From positions 2,355-66,354 of the forward strand of contig JBBABN010000001.1 of the NCBI GenBank assembly GCA_041657665.1: a stretch of 64,000 nt of DNA. The letters are read 5' to 3'. Numbering within the stretch: the first letter of the stretch is position 1; the number at the start of each line of letters is the position of its first letter. This DNA comes from Minisyncoccota bacterium (GTDB lineage: Bacteria; Patescibacteriota; Minisyncoccia; Phycocordibacterales; Phycocordibacteraceae). The position numbers and the translations under genes are program-made. Below, piece by piece: positions 40,488 to 50,238 of the stretch. The notes below the pieces were generated by a model that searched no databases, was not told where the DNA came from, and saw nothing but the letters and a program-made list of their open reading frames with translations.

Positions 40488-40907
40488 ATGCATTTCACTA
40501 TTCATGCCGATGGCGGGTCGAGAGGGAATCCGGGGCCGAGCGGGGCAGGCGCGATGATTCGCGACGCGCTTGGTAATTCAGTCGCGAGCGTTTCGCAATT
40601 TCTCGGAACGCACACCAACAATTTTGCAGAATACGAAGCAGTGATTCTCGCATTCGAAACATTAGCGAAACTCGTCGGAGCAGGGAAGACGAGCGCGACA
40701 GAAGTGGTGGTAAAAATGGACAGCGAACTCGTGGTGAAACAAATGCGCGGGGAATATAAAGTGAAGCATCCGACACTGAAAGTACAGCATGCGCGACTAA
40801 AAAAAGTCATTACCACATTCGGCGATGTCGCATTCACCCATGTTCCACGCGAAGAAAACTCTGACGCCGATGCTCTCGCCAACGCCGCGATGGATCGTGG
40901 TGCATAA
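40488..40907 (+). CDS. rnhA: Ribonuclease HI
   Basis: ADGGSRGNPG, TNNFAEY, DSELVV, HVPREEN. Confidence 0.92.
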   Translation: MHFTIHADGGSRGNPGPSGAGAMIRDALGNSVASVSQFLGTHTNNFAEYEAVILAFETLAKLVGAGKTSATEVVVKMDSELVVKQMRGEYKVKHPTLKVQHARLKKVITTFGDVAFTHVPREENSDADALANAAMDRGA

Positions 40908-40931
40908 TCCTAGAGAAGGTATAATCGTTCC

Positions 40932-41525
40932 ATGAAAACAGAAGTGGAAGCAACATTCATACCAGCAGATCACATCGCCTTGCGTAAGAAATTAGGCGAT
41001 ATTGGAGCTAAATTAATTCGTCCAGAACGTTTGATTCGCCGTACCATCTTTGACTACGAGGATCTGCGACTTGACGCAAAGGCCGCATGGGTACGTCTAC
41101 GAGATGAAGGCGACTCCATCACACTGACATTCAAACAACGCACCAACGAAACCATCAATGGAATGAAAGAGATAGAAATTGTCGTGGATGACTACATCCG
41201 AACAAAAGAGCTCTTACTCGCAATTGGTCTTATCGTTAAGGCAGAGCAAGAAACGAAGAGGGAGTTATGGGAGATCGATGGCACTCAAGTGATGCTTGAT
41301 ACATGGCCATGGCTTGAACCTATCGCCGAAATCGAGGGTGAGAGCGAAGAGACAGTAAAAGAACTCTCACAACGTTTAGGATTCGATTGGACCAAAGCCA
41401 TCTTTGATAGTGCCGATGAATTATATCGACTTGTTTTTGATGTGACGCGCACCGAGATTTCGACTTGTCCTCTCACTTTCGGTCCTGTGCCTGCATGGCT
41501 CGAAAAGCGCCGACGCGCTCACTAA
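40932..41525 (+). CDS. CYTH domain (CyaB-like) protein
   Basis: EVEATF (ExExK-like), WVRLRDEG, EIEG. Confidence 0.85.
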   Translation: MKTEVEATFIPADHIALRKKLGDIGAKLIRPERLIRRTIFDYEDLRLDAKAAWVRLRDEGDSITLTFKQRTNETINGMKEIEIVVDDYIRTKELLLAIGLIVKAEQETKRELWEIDGTQVMLDTWPWLEPIAEIEGESEETVKELSQRLGFDWTKAIFDSADELYRLVFDVTRTEISTCPLTFGPVPAWLEKRRRAH

Positions 41526-41559
41526 CACCGCGATGGACAGGGAGCATATAATTTAAATC

Positions 41560-42021
41560 ATGGATATACAAATTATCATAGCAATACTTTTGGCCTACAT
41601 CGCTTGGCAGAATTATCGAATAAACGAGGCTGGTTTTTATATAAACAAAGATAAATTGCGCTTAGATTTATTCGACCGGCGTTATAAGGTATTCGAAGGA
41701 TTCAGATCGTTTTTCACCAGCTTTTCACTATTGGCTGATATCAAGAGTGATGAACTCTCTAAGCTCATATGGGATACAGCGGATGCTGAATTTTTATTTG
41801 GTAAAGAAGTTTCCGAATATAGGCAGAAAGTTATCGATAAGTGTGTTCGGCTAAAGCAACTTAATGGTAAGTTCCAAAGAGGAGTGATGGACGAGAAAAT
41901 ACGAGCGGAACTCGCACAAGAGGCTGCGGATCTCGAGGAATGGATAGCGAATCAAAATGAAGAACTTCGAAAGCTTTTCAGGAAGTATCTCCACTTTTCG
42001 ATTGATGCTACGCCCAAATAA
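41560..42021 (+). CDS. Hypothetical protein with N-terminal TM
   Basis: KLRLDLFDRRYKVF motif; 153 aa. Confidence 0.65.
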   Translation: MDIQIIIAILLAYIAWQNYRINEAGFYINKDKLRLDLFDRRYKVFEGFRSFFTSFSLLADIKSDELSKLIWDTADAEFLFGKEVSEYRQKVIDKCVRLKQLNGKFQRGVMDEKIRAELAQEAADLEEWIANQNEELRKLFRKYLHFSIDATPK

Positions 42022-42038
42022 TTAAGATTCCGACAGCG

Positions 42039-43550
42039 ATGCACTTTCTAATCGCCGTTGTTTCTGGATTCGCGAGTGGGGTGTTTTTAAAATCTGTTTT
42101 TAATTTTGGTTCGACTTCGCTCACCACAGGTAGTTGGCCAGTGATTCTTTTTATTTTTATTCTCGCGGCGCTTCTGAGCGCCGCGGCATTTTTAAAACCG
42201 CGAGTTGTGTATACAGCAGGCGCGGTGTTTTTTATTTTTGTTGTGTTCGGAATGTTGCGCACGACATTTATTGATTCGTCATTACCTGATGCATTTGTGC
42301 GCGATGTGAAGCATCGCGTTTCATACAACGGCATTGTAGTGAGTGACCCTGATGTGCGCGATGCGAACCAAAGAATCCAGGTTCAAGTTGTAAGTGGTAA
42401 GGAGCAAGTGAAGATGCTCGTGGTAGCGCCGAGGTATCCGAGCGTCGCGGTCGGCGACCACGTGCGCGTATCGGGGACACTCGCGCTACCTGAACCATTT
42501 GCCGACAACAACGGCCGCGTCTTTAAGTATGACAAATATCTTGAACGCGACGGCGTACGATTCTTACTTAACTTCGCGTATCTGCGCGTTACCGAAGAAG
42601 CGTCGTGGTATTCGATTCCTGCCACACTCGCGCGCGTGAAGCATTCATTTCTGAATGGACTGCAGGCAACGATGCCCGAGCCCTACGCGTCACTCGCGGG
42701 CGGCGTGGTGATAGGAGGGAAGTCCGGTCTCGGAAATGATTTGAAAGATGCATTCGTCCGCTCTGGTCTCGTGCAAATTATTGTGCTCTCTGGCTACAAT
42801 GTGATGATAGTCGCCGAATGGATTATGGCGGCACTCGCGCATACCAAGCTCCCGAAGCGATGGGGAGCAGTAGCAGGCGCTTGCGCCGTTCTTATCTTCG
42901 TCGGCATCGCAGGCGCCTCGGCGACCGCGTTGCGCGCGATGTTGATGGCTTTCATCGCGCTCTTCGCCCGCGCGACTGGCCGTTCTTACGCCGCCAGTCG
43001 CGCGCTTCTCGTTGTCGTCTTTCTTATGATCCTTTGGAATCCGCTCTATCTCGTCTTCGACCCCGGTTTCGGTCTCTCGGTCGCCGCGACTGCAGGGCTT
43101 ATCTGGCTCGCGCCGATTATCGAAACATTTCTCACATTATTTAAAAATCCTTTTTGGAAGAACACGGTCGCGACAACGCTCGCCGCACAAATCGCTGTTC
43201 TTCCACTCCTACTCTATGACACCGGCAATCTCTCCCTTGTCGCGATACCAGCGAATATCATCACGGCGCCTATGGTGCCGCTCGCGATGGGATTCTCGGC
43301 GCTCGCCGGATTCGCCGGAATACTCTTCAATTCTTTCGCTCCTTTCGTCGGCATCGTATTCGCATTTCCGGCGTATCTCGCGAATGCCTATCTCATATTT
43401 ATTGCGAATGAATCAGCGTCACTGCCGTTCGCAGCATTCACCCTTCCACTCTTTCCGTTTTGGCTCGTGCTCGTTGCGTATACGATGCTTATTTATATTG
43501 TTTCTAGAAATAAAACGCCGGCGCAAAATATTGCTACTGTCTCGTTATGA
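42039..43550 (+). CDS. comEC: ComEC/Rec2 competence channel (OB + competence domains)
   Basis: SGLVQIIVLSGYNV, ALRAMLM, DPGFGLS, multiple TMs. Confidence 0.92.
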   Translation: MHFLIAVVSGFASGVFLKSVFNFGSTSLTTGSWPVILFIFILAALLSAAAFLKPRVVYTAGAVFFIFVVFGMLRTTFIDSSLPDAFVRDVKHRVSYNGIVVSDPDVRDANQRIQVQVVSGKEQVKMLVVAPRYPSVAVGDHVRVSGTLALPEPFADNNGRVFKYDKYLERDGVRFLLNFAYLRVTEEASWYSIPATLARVKHSFLNGLQATMPEPYASLAGGVVIGGKSGLGNDLKDAFVRSGLVQIIVLSGYNVMIVAEWIMAALAHTKLPKRWGAVAGACAVLIFVGIAGASATALRAMLMAFIALFARATGRSYAASRALLVVVFLMILWNPLYLVFDPGFGLSVAATAGLIWLAPIIETFLTLFKNPFWKNTVATTLAAQIAVLPLLLYDTGNLSLVAIPANIITAPMVPLAMGFSALAGFAGILFNSFAPFVGIVFAFPAYLANAYLIFIANESASLPFAAFTLPLFPFWLVLVAYTMLIYIVSRNKTPAQNIATVSL

Positions 43551-44047
43551 AAAATTTCTATCTCATTTTATTTTTTATACTTATTGCAATTAATTTCACT
43601 ATTTATCGCACCATCTTCGCACCGCGCGTATTAGAAATATCGGTACTCGAAGCGGGGAAGGGTAATGCAACACTTGTGCGAACACCGAATGGCAAAACGC
43701 TCCTCATTGATACAGGTCCCGACGCGAGCATCTTACGCGCGCTCGGCACTGCACTCCCTCCTTGGCAGCGCCGTATTGATACGATCATACTCACGAGTGA
43801 TAAAGCGAGTTCATCTAAAGGACTTCTGGACGTAACGAGTCGCTACAAGATTCCAACTCCTCTACATTTCGGTACAGCTACTACTCCCTACGGAACACCT
43901 CTCACAATCGATTCAGTACAGATTACTGTCATATACGCCGATCTACTTTCTATTTCTTACGGCTCCACTGCACTCTTAATTTCCTCGAGCACACCCAAAG
44001 GCGTCTATATCTCGGACGGAATAGAGCTAGCAAAGATTACACAGTAG
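43547..44047 (+). CDS. Detached, degenerate ComEC metallo-beta-lactamase-like domain
   Basis: AGKGNATLV..LLIDTGP; HxHxDH motif absent. Confidence 0.75.
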   Translation: MKNFYLILFFILIAINFTIYRTIFAPRVLEISVLEAGKGNATLVRTPNGKTLLIDTGPDASILRALGTALPPWQRRIDTIILTSDKASSSKGLLDVTSRYKIPTPLHFGTATTPYGTPLTIDSVQITVIYADLLSISYGSTALLISSSTPKGVYISDGIELAKITQ

Positions 44048-44061
44048 GTGATTGTACTCAA

Positions 44062-44304
44062 TCAAATAGCCCCGGCTTTCGTGAGTGCAGCGAATGCGCC
44101 GTTCTTCTTAATAGTCTTAAGCCCTTTTACAGAGACATCCACCATAACGGTCTTCTTGAGTTCAGGGACATAAATGCGTCTCTTCTGGAGATTTGCCTTT
44201 CTGCGAACCTTTCCCGTCGGGTTAAACTGGGTCGCGCGGACACGGTTCGAGTACCGCCCGCCGATTTGCGTGCTCTTTCCAGTGATTTCGCAGGTTCGTG
44301 CCAT
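44062..44304 (-). CDS. rpmB: 50S ribosomal protein L28
   Basis: MARTCEITGK...ANLQKRR...KGLKTIKKNG. Confidence 0.92.
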   Translation of the reverse strand: MARTCEITGKSTQIGGRYSNRVRATQFNPTGKVRRKANLQKRRIYVPELKKTVMVDVSVKGLKTIKKNGAFAALTKAGAI

Positions 44305-44351
44305 AGTCAGCGCATGGTAGCATAGGATACGACACACGCAAAGTTTATTTC

Positions 44352-44981
44352 ATGACTATCGCCCTTACCCTCATTATTCTTATCCTTTCCGTCATCGCAC
44401 ACGAGGTTGCGCACGGCTATGCTGCCAACTCGCTTGGCGACCCGACCGCCCGTCTCGCTGGCCGTTTGACGCTTAATCCGATCCCGCACATCGACCTTAT
44501 GGGCTCGATTGTTCTCCCGGCACTACTCGTCTTCACTCAGTCGCCGATCCTCTTCGGCTGGGCGAAGCCCGTGCCGTACAATCCCTACAATTTAAGTAAT
44601 CCTCGATGGGGTGAGACGCTCGTAGCCATAGCCGGAAGCGCCACGAACATTCTTCTCGCTATTATTTTCGGACTTATTGTGCGTTTTGGTGCGGCGCTCG
44701 GGCTCGACCCAGCTATGTTGTCGCTCGCGGCCACTATTGCCTTTATTAATCTCTTCCTTGGTCTCTTTAATCTTATTCCGTTCCCTCCACTCGATGGTTT
44801 TACCGCTCTACGCTCTGCACTCCCATGGAGTTCTTCTGCCACTATGATACGTATAGAACAGCAAATCCGTGGAGCAGGAATGCTCTCTCTTATCCTCTTC
44901 CTTCTTATCTTTTCGTATATCTTCGCAGGACCATTCTTCAATCTTGTTCTCTGGCTTCTTGAACGTATCACCGGGAGTTAA
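44352..44981 (+). CDS. Site-2 protease (M50)
   Basis: HEVAH, NLIPFPPLDG. Confidence 0.93.
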   Translation: MTIALTLIILILSVIAHEVAHGYAANSLGDPTARLAGRLTLNPIPHIDLMGSIVLPALLVFTQSPILFGWAKPVPYNPYNLSNPRWGETLVAIAGSATNILLAIIFGLIVRFGAALGLDPAMLSLAATIAFINLFLGLFNLIPFPPLDGFTALRSALPWSSSATMIRIEQQIRGAGMLSLILFLLIFSYIFAGPFFNLVLWLLERITGS

Positions 44982-45040
44982 ATGGACATCTACACATAAG
45001 TGGCGTACTGTCTCTTTAGAGGTCACAGAAAGGAGAGAAG

Positions 45041-45238
45041 ATGGCAAGATATTGTAGTATTTGTCGTACTAGGAAGATACGGGTCAGAAATGAGACCCAT
45101 AAGAAAAATAAAACGGGTCAAAAAAGATGGACGGCGCCTCCAGACAAAAGTCATGACCTCTGCGACAAATGTTGGAGATCGGTTTGGGTATCCATAATAA
45201 ACTCAACTCGTTTTCAGCAAGAAACATCACACCCTTGA
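45041..45238 (+). CDS. Small putative zinc-binding protein
   Basis: CSIC...CDKC; AAGGAG SD; terminator-like hairpin at ~45238-45270. Confidence 0.55.
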   Translation: MARYCSICRTRKIRVRNETHKKNKTGQKRWTAPPDKSHDLCDKCWRSVWVSIINSTRFQQETSHP

Positions 45239-45291
45239 GAAGCCCCGCTTCTCAAGGGCTTCTTATTTTCATAATTTGCTATACTTCACTT

Positions 45292-45552
45292 ATGGACTTC
45301 AACAAAATACCGAAACAATTCTGTGAGAACGTCGTCGCAGGTCATTCACAAGAAAATTTCGTGCTGATTATGAGTGTAGGGGAGACCGCGAACGCGTATG
45401 CGCTCACCCCACCACATATGAAGCGTCTCGTGCAGAGCTTGGCACACCAAGTCGGAGAATACGAAAAGAAATTCGGTTCTATTAACGCAAAATGGTCTCC
45501 CGGCATCGAGAGCCCCATCCAATCAAAAGATATAAAAGGGAGTGGAATATAA
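45292..45552 (+). CDS. Small conserved hypothetical (DUF3467-like)
   Basis: FCENVV...ENFVL...LTPPHMKRL...YEKKFG. Confidence 0.65.
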   Translation: MDFNKIPKQFCENVVAGHSQENFVLIMSVGETANAYALTPPHMKRLVQSLAHQVGEYEKKFGSINAKWSPGIESPIQSKDIKGSGI

Positions 45553-45562
45553 AATCCTATTG

Positions 45563-45614
45563 TGTGCATTCGACAATGCGATGATGCATGTGCACTCGAC
45601 AGTGCGATGATGCA
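45563..45614. repeat. Tandem 26-nt repeat x2, each with a hairpin
   Basis: TGTGCATTCGACAATGCGATGATGCA / TGTGCACTCGACAGTGCGATGATGCA. Confidence 0.85.
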
Positions 45615-45635
45615 TCGCCTGCTATACTAGAGTAG

Positions 45636-46076
45636 ATGGAATACCAAGTCCCACAATTTATCGAAGTTGAGAGTAAGATTGTTGGGCCGTTAACCTTGAA
45701 ACAGTTTATTTATGTCGCTGGAGCTGGAGGATTGTGTGTGGTTTTCTTTGTGTATCTTAATACGTTGTTTGCGCTCTTATTCTCAGGACTCGTGGTCGCG
45801 TTCGCGGCAGCGCTCGCATTCTATAAAATAAATAATAAGCCGTTCATTACTATGCTCGAAGCAGGATTTAACTATTACACTGGCTCGAAGTTCTTCCTCT
45901 GGAAACATGAGGAGCCAAGCAAAGGGGAGAGAAGTGCCACAGCGGCCGCTGCAGCAGCGGCCGAGGCGAATTTGAACATTCCACAAGGCACTCCGAAACT
46001 TACCCGAGGGAAGCTCTCTGAACTCGCTTGGTCACTCGATATCCAGAACAAAGAATCTGCGAAAAATCCAGAATAA
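45636..46076 (+). CDS. PrgI family protein (VirB3-like)
   Basis: YQVPQFIEVESKIVGPLTLKQF + two TMs. Confidence 0.88.
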   Translation: MEYQVPQFIEVESKIVGPLTLKQFIYVAGAGGLCVVFFVYLNTLFALLFSGLVVAFAAALAFYKINNKPFITMLEAGFNYYTGSKFFLWKHEEPSKGERSATAAAAAAAEANLNIPQGTPKLTRGKLSELAWSLDIQNKESAKNPE

Positions 46077-46077
46077 T

Positions 46078-46716
46078 ATGACAAACACACGCACACCAGG
46101 AGCAACCCAGCAGTTCGTCCCCGTGAAGGAGATTCGGAATGGCACTATCATTTTGAAAGATGGTGGGTATCGCGGCATACTGATCTGTTCCTCGATTAAC
46201 TTCGGACTGAAGTCGGCTGACGAACAGCATGCTATTACGCTTGGTTTCCAAAATTTCCTCAACACCCTTGATTTCTCTATTCAGATAGTTATAAATTCGC
46301 GGAAAATGGATCTACGTCCCTATCTCACCCTTCTTGCAGAGAAAGCATCAGAACAAAAGACCGAACTTATGCGAGTCCAATTGCGAGAATATGTTGAGTT
46401 TGTGCGTTCTTTCGCTGATCAGGCAAACATTATGACCAAATCGTTCTATATTGTTGTCCCGTATGCACCACATGCTTCTGCAGCTGGTGCGATAAGTTTC
46501 TTGCGACACGAAAATACTACAGAGAAGAACGCTTCTGAGAAAACTTCTTTTAATGAAGATCGGGCACAGCTCGAACAACGGCTCTCACTCGTTGCTGGTG
46601 GCCTTGCTGGTACTGGAGTGCGCGCAGTGCCACTCGGCACCGAAGAAGTTATCGAACTTCTGTATCGTTCATTTAATCCGGGAGAGCTCGAGAACCCGAT
46701 TCGTCTCGATAATTAA
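46078..46716 (+). CDS. VirB4 N-terminal-like (TraC-associated) protein
   Basis: SSINFGLKS.DEQ..I...FQNFLNTLDF. Confidence 0.75.
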   Translation: MTNTRTPGATQQFVPVKEIRNGTIILKDGGYRGILICSSINFGLKSADEQHAITLGFQNFLNTLDFSIQIVINSRKMDLRPYLTLLAEKASEQKTELMRVQLREYVEFVRSFADQANIMTKSFYIVVPYAPHASAAGAISFLRHENTTEKNASEKTSFNEDRAQLEQRLSLVAGGLAGTGVRAVPLGTEEVIELLYRSFNPGELENPIRLDN

Positions 46717-46722
46717 ATTACT

Positions 46723-48549
46723 ATGGCACTTCTTGACTTCCTTAGCAGAAAAAACAAACAAGATTCTGAGAATTCGGCCGTCGTTCCTGTTCTCCCGAAA
46801 GATATTTATCGAGAAGGTTCGCTTAATCTGGCTGATACCATCGCCCCGACCGCGTTGAAGATTAGTTCGCGCGAAATCGAACTTGGAGAAAAGTTTGTTC
46901 GTTCTTTTTATACCATCTCCTATCCACGCTTCCTCTCTGACAGCTGGTTCTCTCCCGTCGTCAATCTCGACAAGATACTCGATGCTTCGATATTTATTCA
47001 TCCTGTCGATACTGAGCAGGCCCTCCGAGGTTTCCAAAAGAAAGTTGCTGAGGTTCAGAGTCAGATTAATGAACGAGAATCGAAAGGTCTTGTGCGCGAC
47101 CCTCTCCTCGATACGGCATATCAAGATCTCGAGAGTTTGCGTAATGATCTCCAACAAGCACAAGAAAAACTTTTTGATGTCGGCCTCTATCTCGCACTCT
47201 ATGGTGATTCAAAAGAAGATATCGATAAAACCGAAGGTGATATTCGCGGTATTCTCGACGCGAAGCTGGTCTATACGAAGCCAGCGCTCTTTCAGCAAGA
47301 GCAGGGATTCCGTTCTTGTCTTCCGCTTGGAACCGACGAACTTCTCGTCAATTCGAAATTAAATTCTTCACCCCTTTCTTCATTCTTCCCATTTGTTTCA
47401 TTCGATCTCACCAGCGACCGAGGAATCTTATATGGAATAAACAGACATAATTCATCTCTCATTCTCTTCGATCGTTTCTCGCTCGAGAACTACAACTCAG
47501 TCGTATTCGCGAAGTCTGGTTCAGGGAAAAGCTATGCGACGAAGCTCGAAATCCTACGTTCGCTGATGTTCGGTACTGACGTTATTGTTATCGATCCTGA
47601 GCGCGAATATGACCAACTCGCCGAAGCGACTGGCGGACGCGTCTTCCATATCTCACTTTCTTCTGAACATCACATCAATCCATTTGATCTGCCACCAGTA
47701 AAAGAAGGGGAGGACCCGAAAGATATTCTCCGCTCCAACATCATCGCACTCGTCGGACTCTTCCGTATTATGTTGAGTGGTCTTTCTCCTGAAGAGGACG
47801 CTATTGTCGACCGTGCTATTGGCGAGACATATGCACTGAAAGATATTACTGGTGACGCTAATTTCACCGGAGCAGAACCGCCTCTCCTCTCTGATTTTGA
47901 ACAGGTGCTTTCTGGTATGGAAGGGAGCGAATCCTTGGTTGAACGCCTTTCTAAATATACGCGTGGTTCCTGGGCCGGATTCCTCGACCAGCCAACCAAT
48001 ATCGACCTCACCCAACAATTCGAGGTCTTCTCAGTGCGTGATATGGAGGATGAGCTGAAGCCGGTAGCGATGTATATCATCACTCATTACATCTGGAATG
48101 CAGTGCGCCACGAGATGAAGAAACGTCTGCTTATTATCGACGAGGCGTGGTGGATGATGAAGAGCGAAGACACAGCTTCCTTCCTCTATTCGGTCGCGAA
48201 ACGTGGACGTAAGTATTATCTGGGCGTCTGCACGATTACTCAAGATGTGGAGGACTTCCTTAAGAGCCCATACGGACGACCTATTCTCGCGAACTCTTCA
48301 CTCCAATTACTTCTGAAACAATCGCCAACCACTATTGAGGTCCTGCAGCAAACATTTAATCTCACGGACGAAGAAAAATATCTTCTTCTTGAAGCTGGAG
48401 TGGGGGAGGGACTCTTCTTCGCCGGACTGAAACATGTCGCCATTAAGATAGTCGCGAGTTATACCGAAGACCAGATTATTACCTCCGATCCTTCGCAGCT
48501 TCTCGCAATAAAAGAAGAGAAGGCACGGTATGCCACCGAAAAGAAATAA
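46723..48549 (+). CDS. VirB4-like type IV secretion ATPase
   Basis: AKSGSGKS, IDPEREY, INPFD, IDEAW, TQD. Confidence 0.9.
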   Translation: MALLDFLSRKNKQDSENSAVVPVLPKDIYREGSLNLADTIAPTALKISSREIELGEKFVRSFYTISYPRFLSDSWFSPVVNLDKILDASIFIHPVDTEQALRGFQKKVAEVQSQINERESKGLVRDPLLDTAYQDLESLRNDLQQAQEKLFDVGLYLALYGDSKEDIDKTEGDIRGILDAKLVYTKPALFQQEQGFRSCLPLGTDELLVNSKLNSSPLSSFFPFVSFDLTSDRGILYGINRHNSSLILFDRFSLENYNSVVFAKSGSGKSYATKLEILRSLMFGTDVIVIDPEREYDQLAEATGGRVFHISLSSEHHINPFDLPPVKEGEDPKDILRSNIIALVGLFRIMLSGLSPEEDAIVDRAIGETYALKDITGDANFTGAEPPLLSDFEQVLSGMEGSESLVERLSKYTRGSWAGFLDQPTNIDLTQQFEVFSVRDMEDELKPVAMYIITHYIWNAVRHEMKKRLLIIDEAWWMMKSEDTASFLYSVAKRGRKYYLGVCTITQDVEDFLKSPYGRPILANSSLQLLLKQSPTTIEVLQQTFNLTDEEKYLLLEAGVGEGLFFAGLKHVAIKIVASYTEDQIITSDPSQLLAIKEEKARYATEKK

Positions 48550-49222
48550 TCTGCCGCGGCCAGCCCGCCGCGGAGTGACAAATTCGGAGCCGCCTCCAGT
48601 GATGACCTGGCCAAAGGCGTCACCCGTTCTTATTATTGCCGGAATTTTTGATTTGCTCCGCATCATGTTTGAACAGTTTTGGTTCTTCGGGCCAGCAATC
48701 GCCGCCACATATTGCACTGCAAAAGTAAGTGGGATGGTAGGCACAACGATAGGATCAACTATATGTGGCGCTGGTGCTAGCGTGATTGGTACTGTCGGCT
48801 CTCCTGCGATTATAGCGTTTGGTGTTGTTATGGCGATGGCGGTCGGACTCTTCGGCTGGATGACGATCGGACTCGTACTTATTATGACTAATAGCCGAAT
48901 ATTTAAAGAGAATGAGGGTCAGATACTTTGGTTTGTCGGAAGTTTGCTTCTAAGTGAGACACCTATTATCGGCACCATCCCCGGACTCACTGGCGCAACA
49001 ATAAAGATGTACCATACCCAAATAAAAAAAGATAACGAGAATGTGGCGAAATATAATAAAGAGCAAGCTGCACAGCAGGTGCAAGAGCAGAACCAAAGAA
49101 ATGCAGAACTTATGCAGGAGCAGTACTCAGCTCAATTAGAACAAGCCGAACAAGAAGAGGAGAATGAAAATGAAGAAACAAATGAGGGAGAAATCCCCGA
49201 GAATGTGCGTAGTGCGGCATAA
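48530..49222 (+). CDS. Hypothetical membrane protein with acidic coiled tail
   Basis: Several TMs; overlaps virB4 stop. Confidence 0.65.
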   Translation: MPPKRNNLPRPARRGVTNSEPPPVMTWPKASPVLIIAGIFDLLRIMFEQFWFFGPAIAATYCTAKVSGMVGTTIGSTICGAGASVIGTVGSPAIIAFGVVMAMAVGLFGWMTIGLVLIMTNSRIFKENEGQILWFVGSLLLSETPIIGTIPGLTGATIKMYHTQIKKDNENVAKYNKEQAAQQVQEQNQRNAELMQEQYSAQLEQAEQEEENENEETNEGEIPENVRSAA

Positions 49223-49251
49223 TTGTCTCGTGTAGGCGCTATACTACTGGT

Positions 49252-50238
49252 ATGCGTTTTGGATTTTTAATCACCCTTTCATTAATCTTTCTTCTTCCTC
49301 TCGCAGTTTCTGCGCAGGCTATCAGTAATGAAGAGGCATTTACTATGTCGGTAAACCCTCAATATCCTGCACCGTATAGCCAAGCAGTACTTTCACTCCT
49401 TTCTTCTTCACTTGATCTTAATAATGCAATTATGACTGTTTCTGTTGCTGGAAAAGAAGTCTATAAAGGAAGTGTTCGCCCAACTGCTATTCCGGTAGGA
49501 GGGGCAGGAAGCGTTGTGAGTGCAAAAGTAACAGTAACTTCAGGAGGAGCTTCCTACAACCAAACAATCTCTATTCAACCTCAAGATGTCGTTCTTGTCG
49601 CGGAACCAATATCATCATCACCTCCTCTCTACCTAGGGAAATCGCTTGTCCCGCTTGAAGGAGATGTGCGCGTCGTCGCTATGGCGAACCTACGAGGAAC
49701 AAAAGGAGAGATAATTGACACAACAACTCTCTCATACTCTTGGACTGTGGATGACACACAAATCGCCAACGCTTCAGGTATTGGCAAACAGTCAATTACC
49801 GTTGCTTCACCATTCCAGTATCGAACACGGAAGGTCTCAGTCGCAGTAATGAGCCAAGATGGAAATCTTGTTGGAGGGGCTTCGCTCTCGCTCTCTGCTC
49901 TCGATCCGTCAGTACGCCTTTATAAAAATGACCCATTGCTCGGCATTCTCTATGATCACGCACTTTCTAGCAGTTATGCCATCAGCAATGCAGAAGAAAC
50001 ACTCTATGCAGCCCCATTTTCTCTCCCGACGACCAATGGCGCTCCGCTTATTCAATGGTTCTTAAGCGGCACGATAGCACAAACAGGTAATTCAATAACT
50101 CTACGACCAACAGGAAAAGGGCAGGGCAATGCTTCTCTGTCACTGACGGCTTCTTCTGGAGGATCAACAAAGGCGACAGAGAACCTCTCACTCTCTTTTG
50201 GAACCGCATCAAGTGGTTTTAGCTTATTTGGCCTATGA
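49252..50238 (+). CDS. Secreted Ig-like/beta-rich protein
   Basis: Signal peptide; YSWTVD, QWFLSG. Confidence 0.7.
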   Translation: MRFGFLITLSLIFLLPLAVSAQAISNEEAFTMSVNPQYPAPYSQAVLSLLSSSLDLNNAIMTVSVAGKEVYKGSVRPTAIPVGGAGSVVSAKVTVTSGGASYNQTISIQPQDVVLVAEPISSSPPLYLGKSLVPLEGDVRVVAMANLRGTKGEIIDTTTLSYSWTVDDTQIANASGIGKQSITVASPFQYRTRKVSVAVMSQDGNLVGGASLSLSALDPSVRLYKNDPLLGILYDHALSSSYAISNAEETLYAAPFSLPTTNGAPLIQWFLSGTIAQTGNSITLRPTGKGQGNASLSLTASSGGSTKATENLSLSFGTASSGFSLFGL

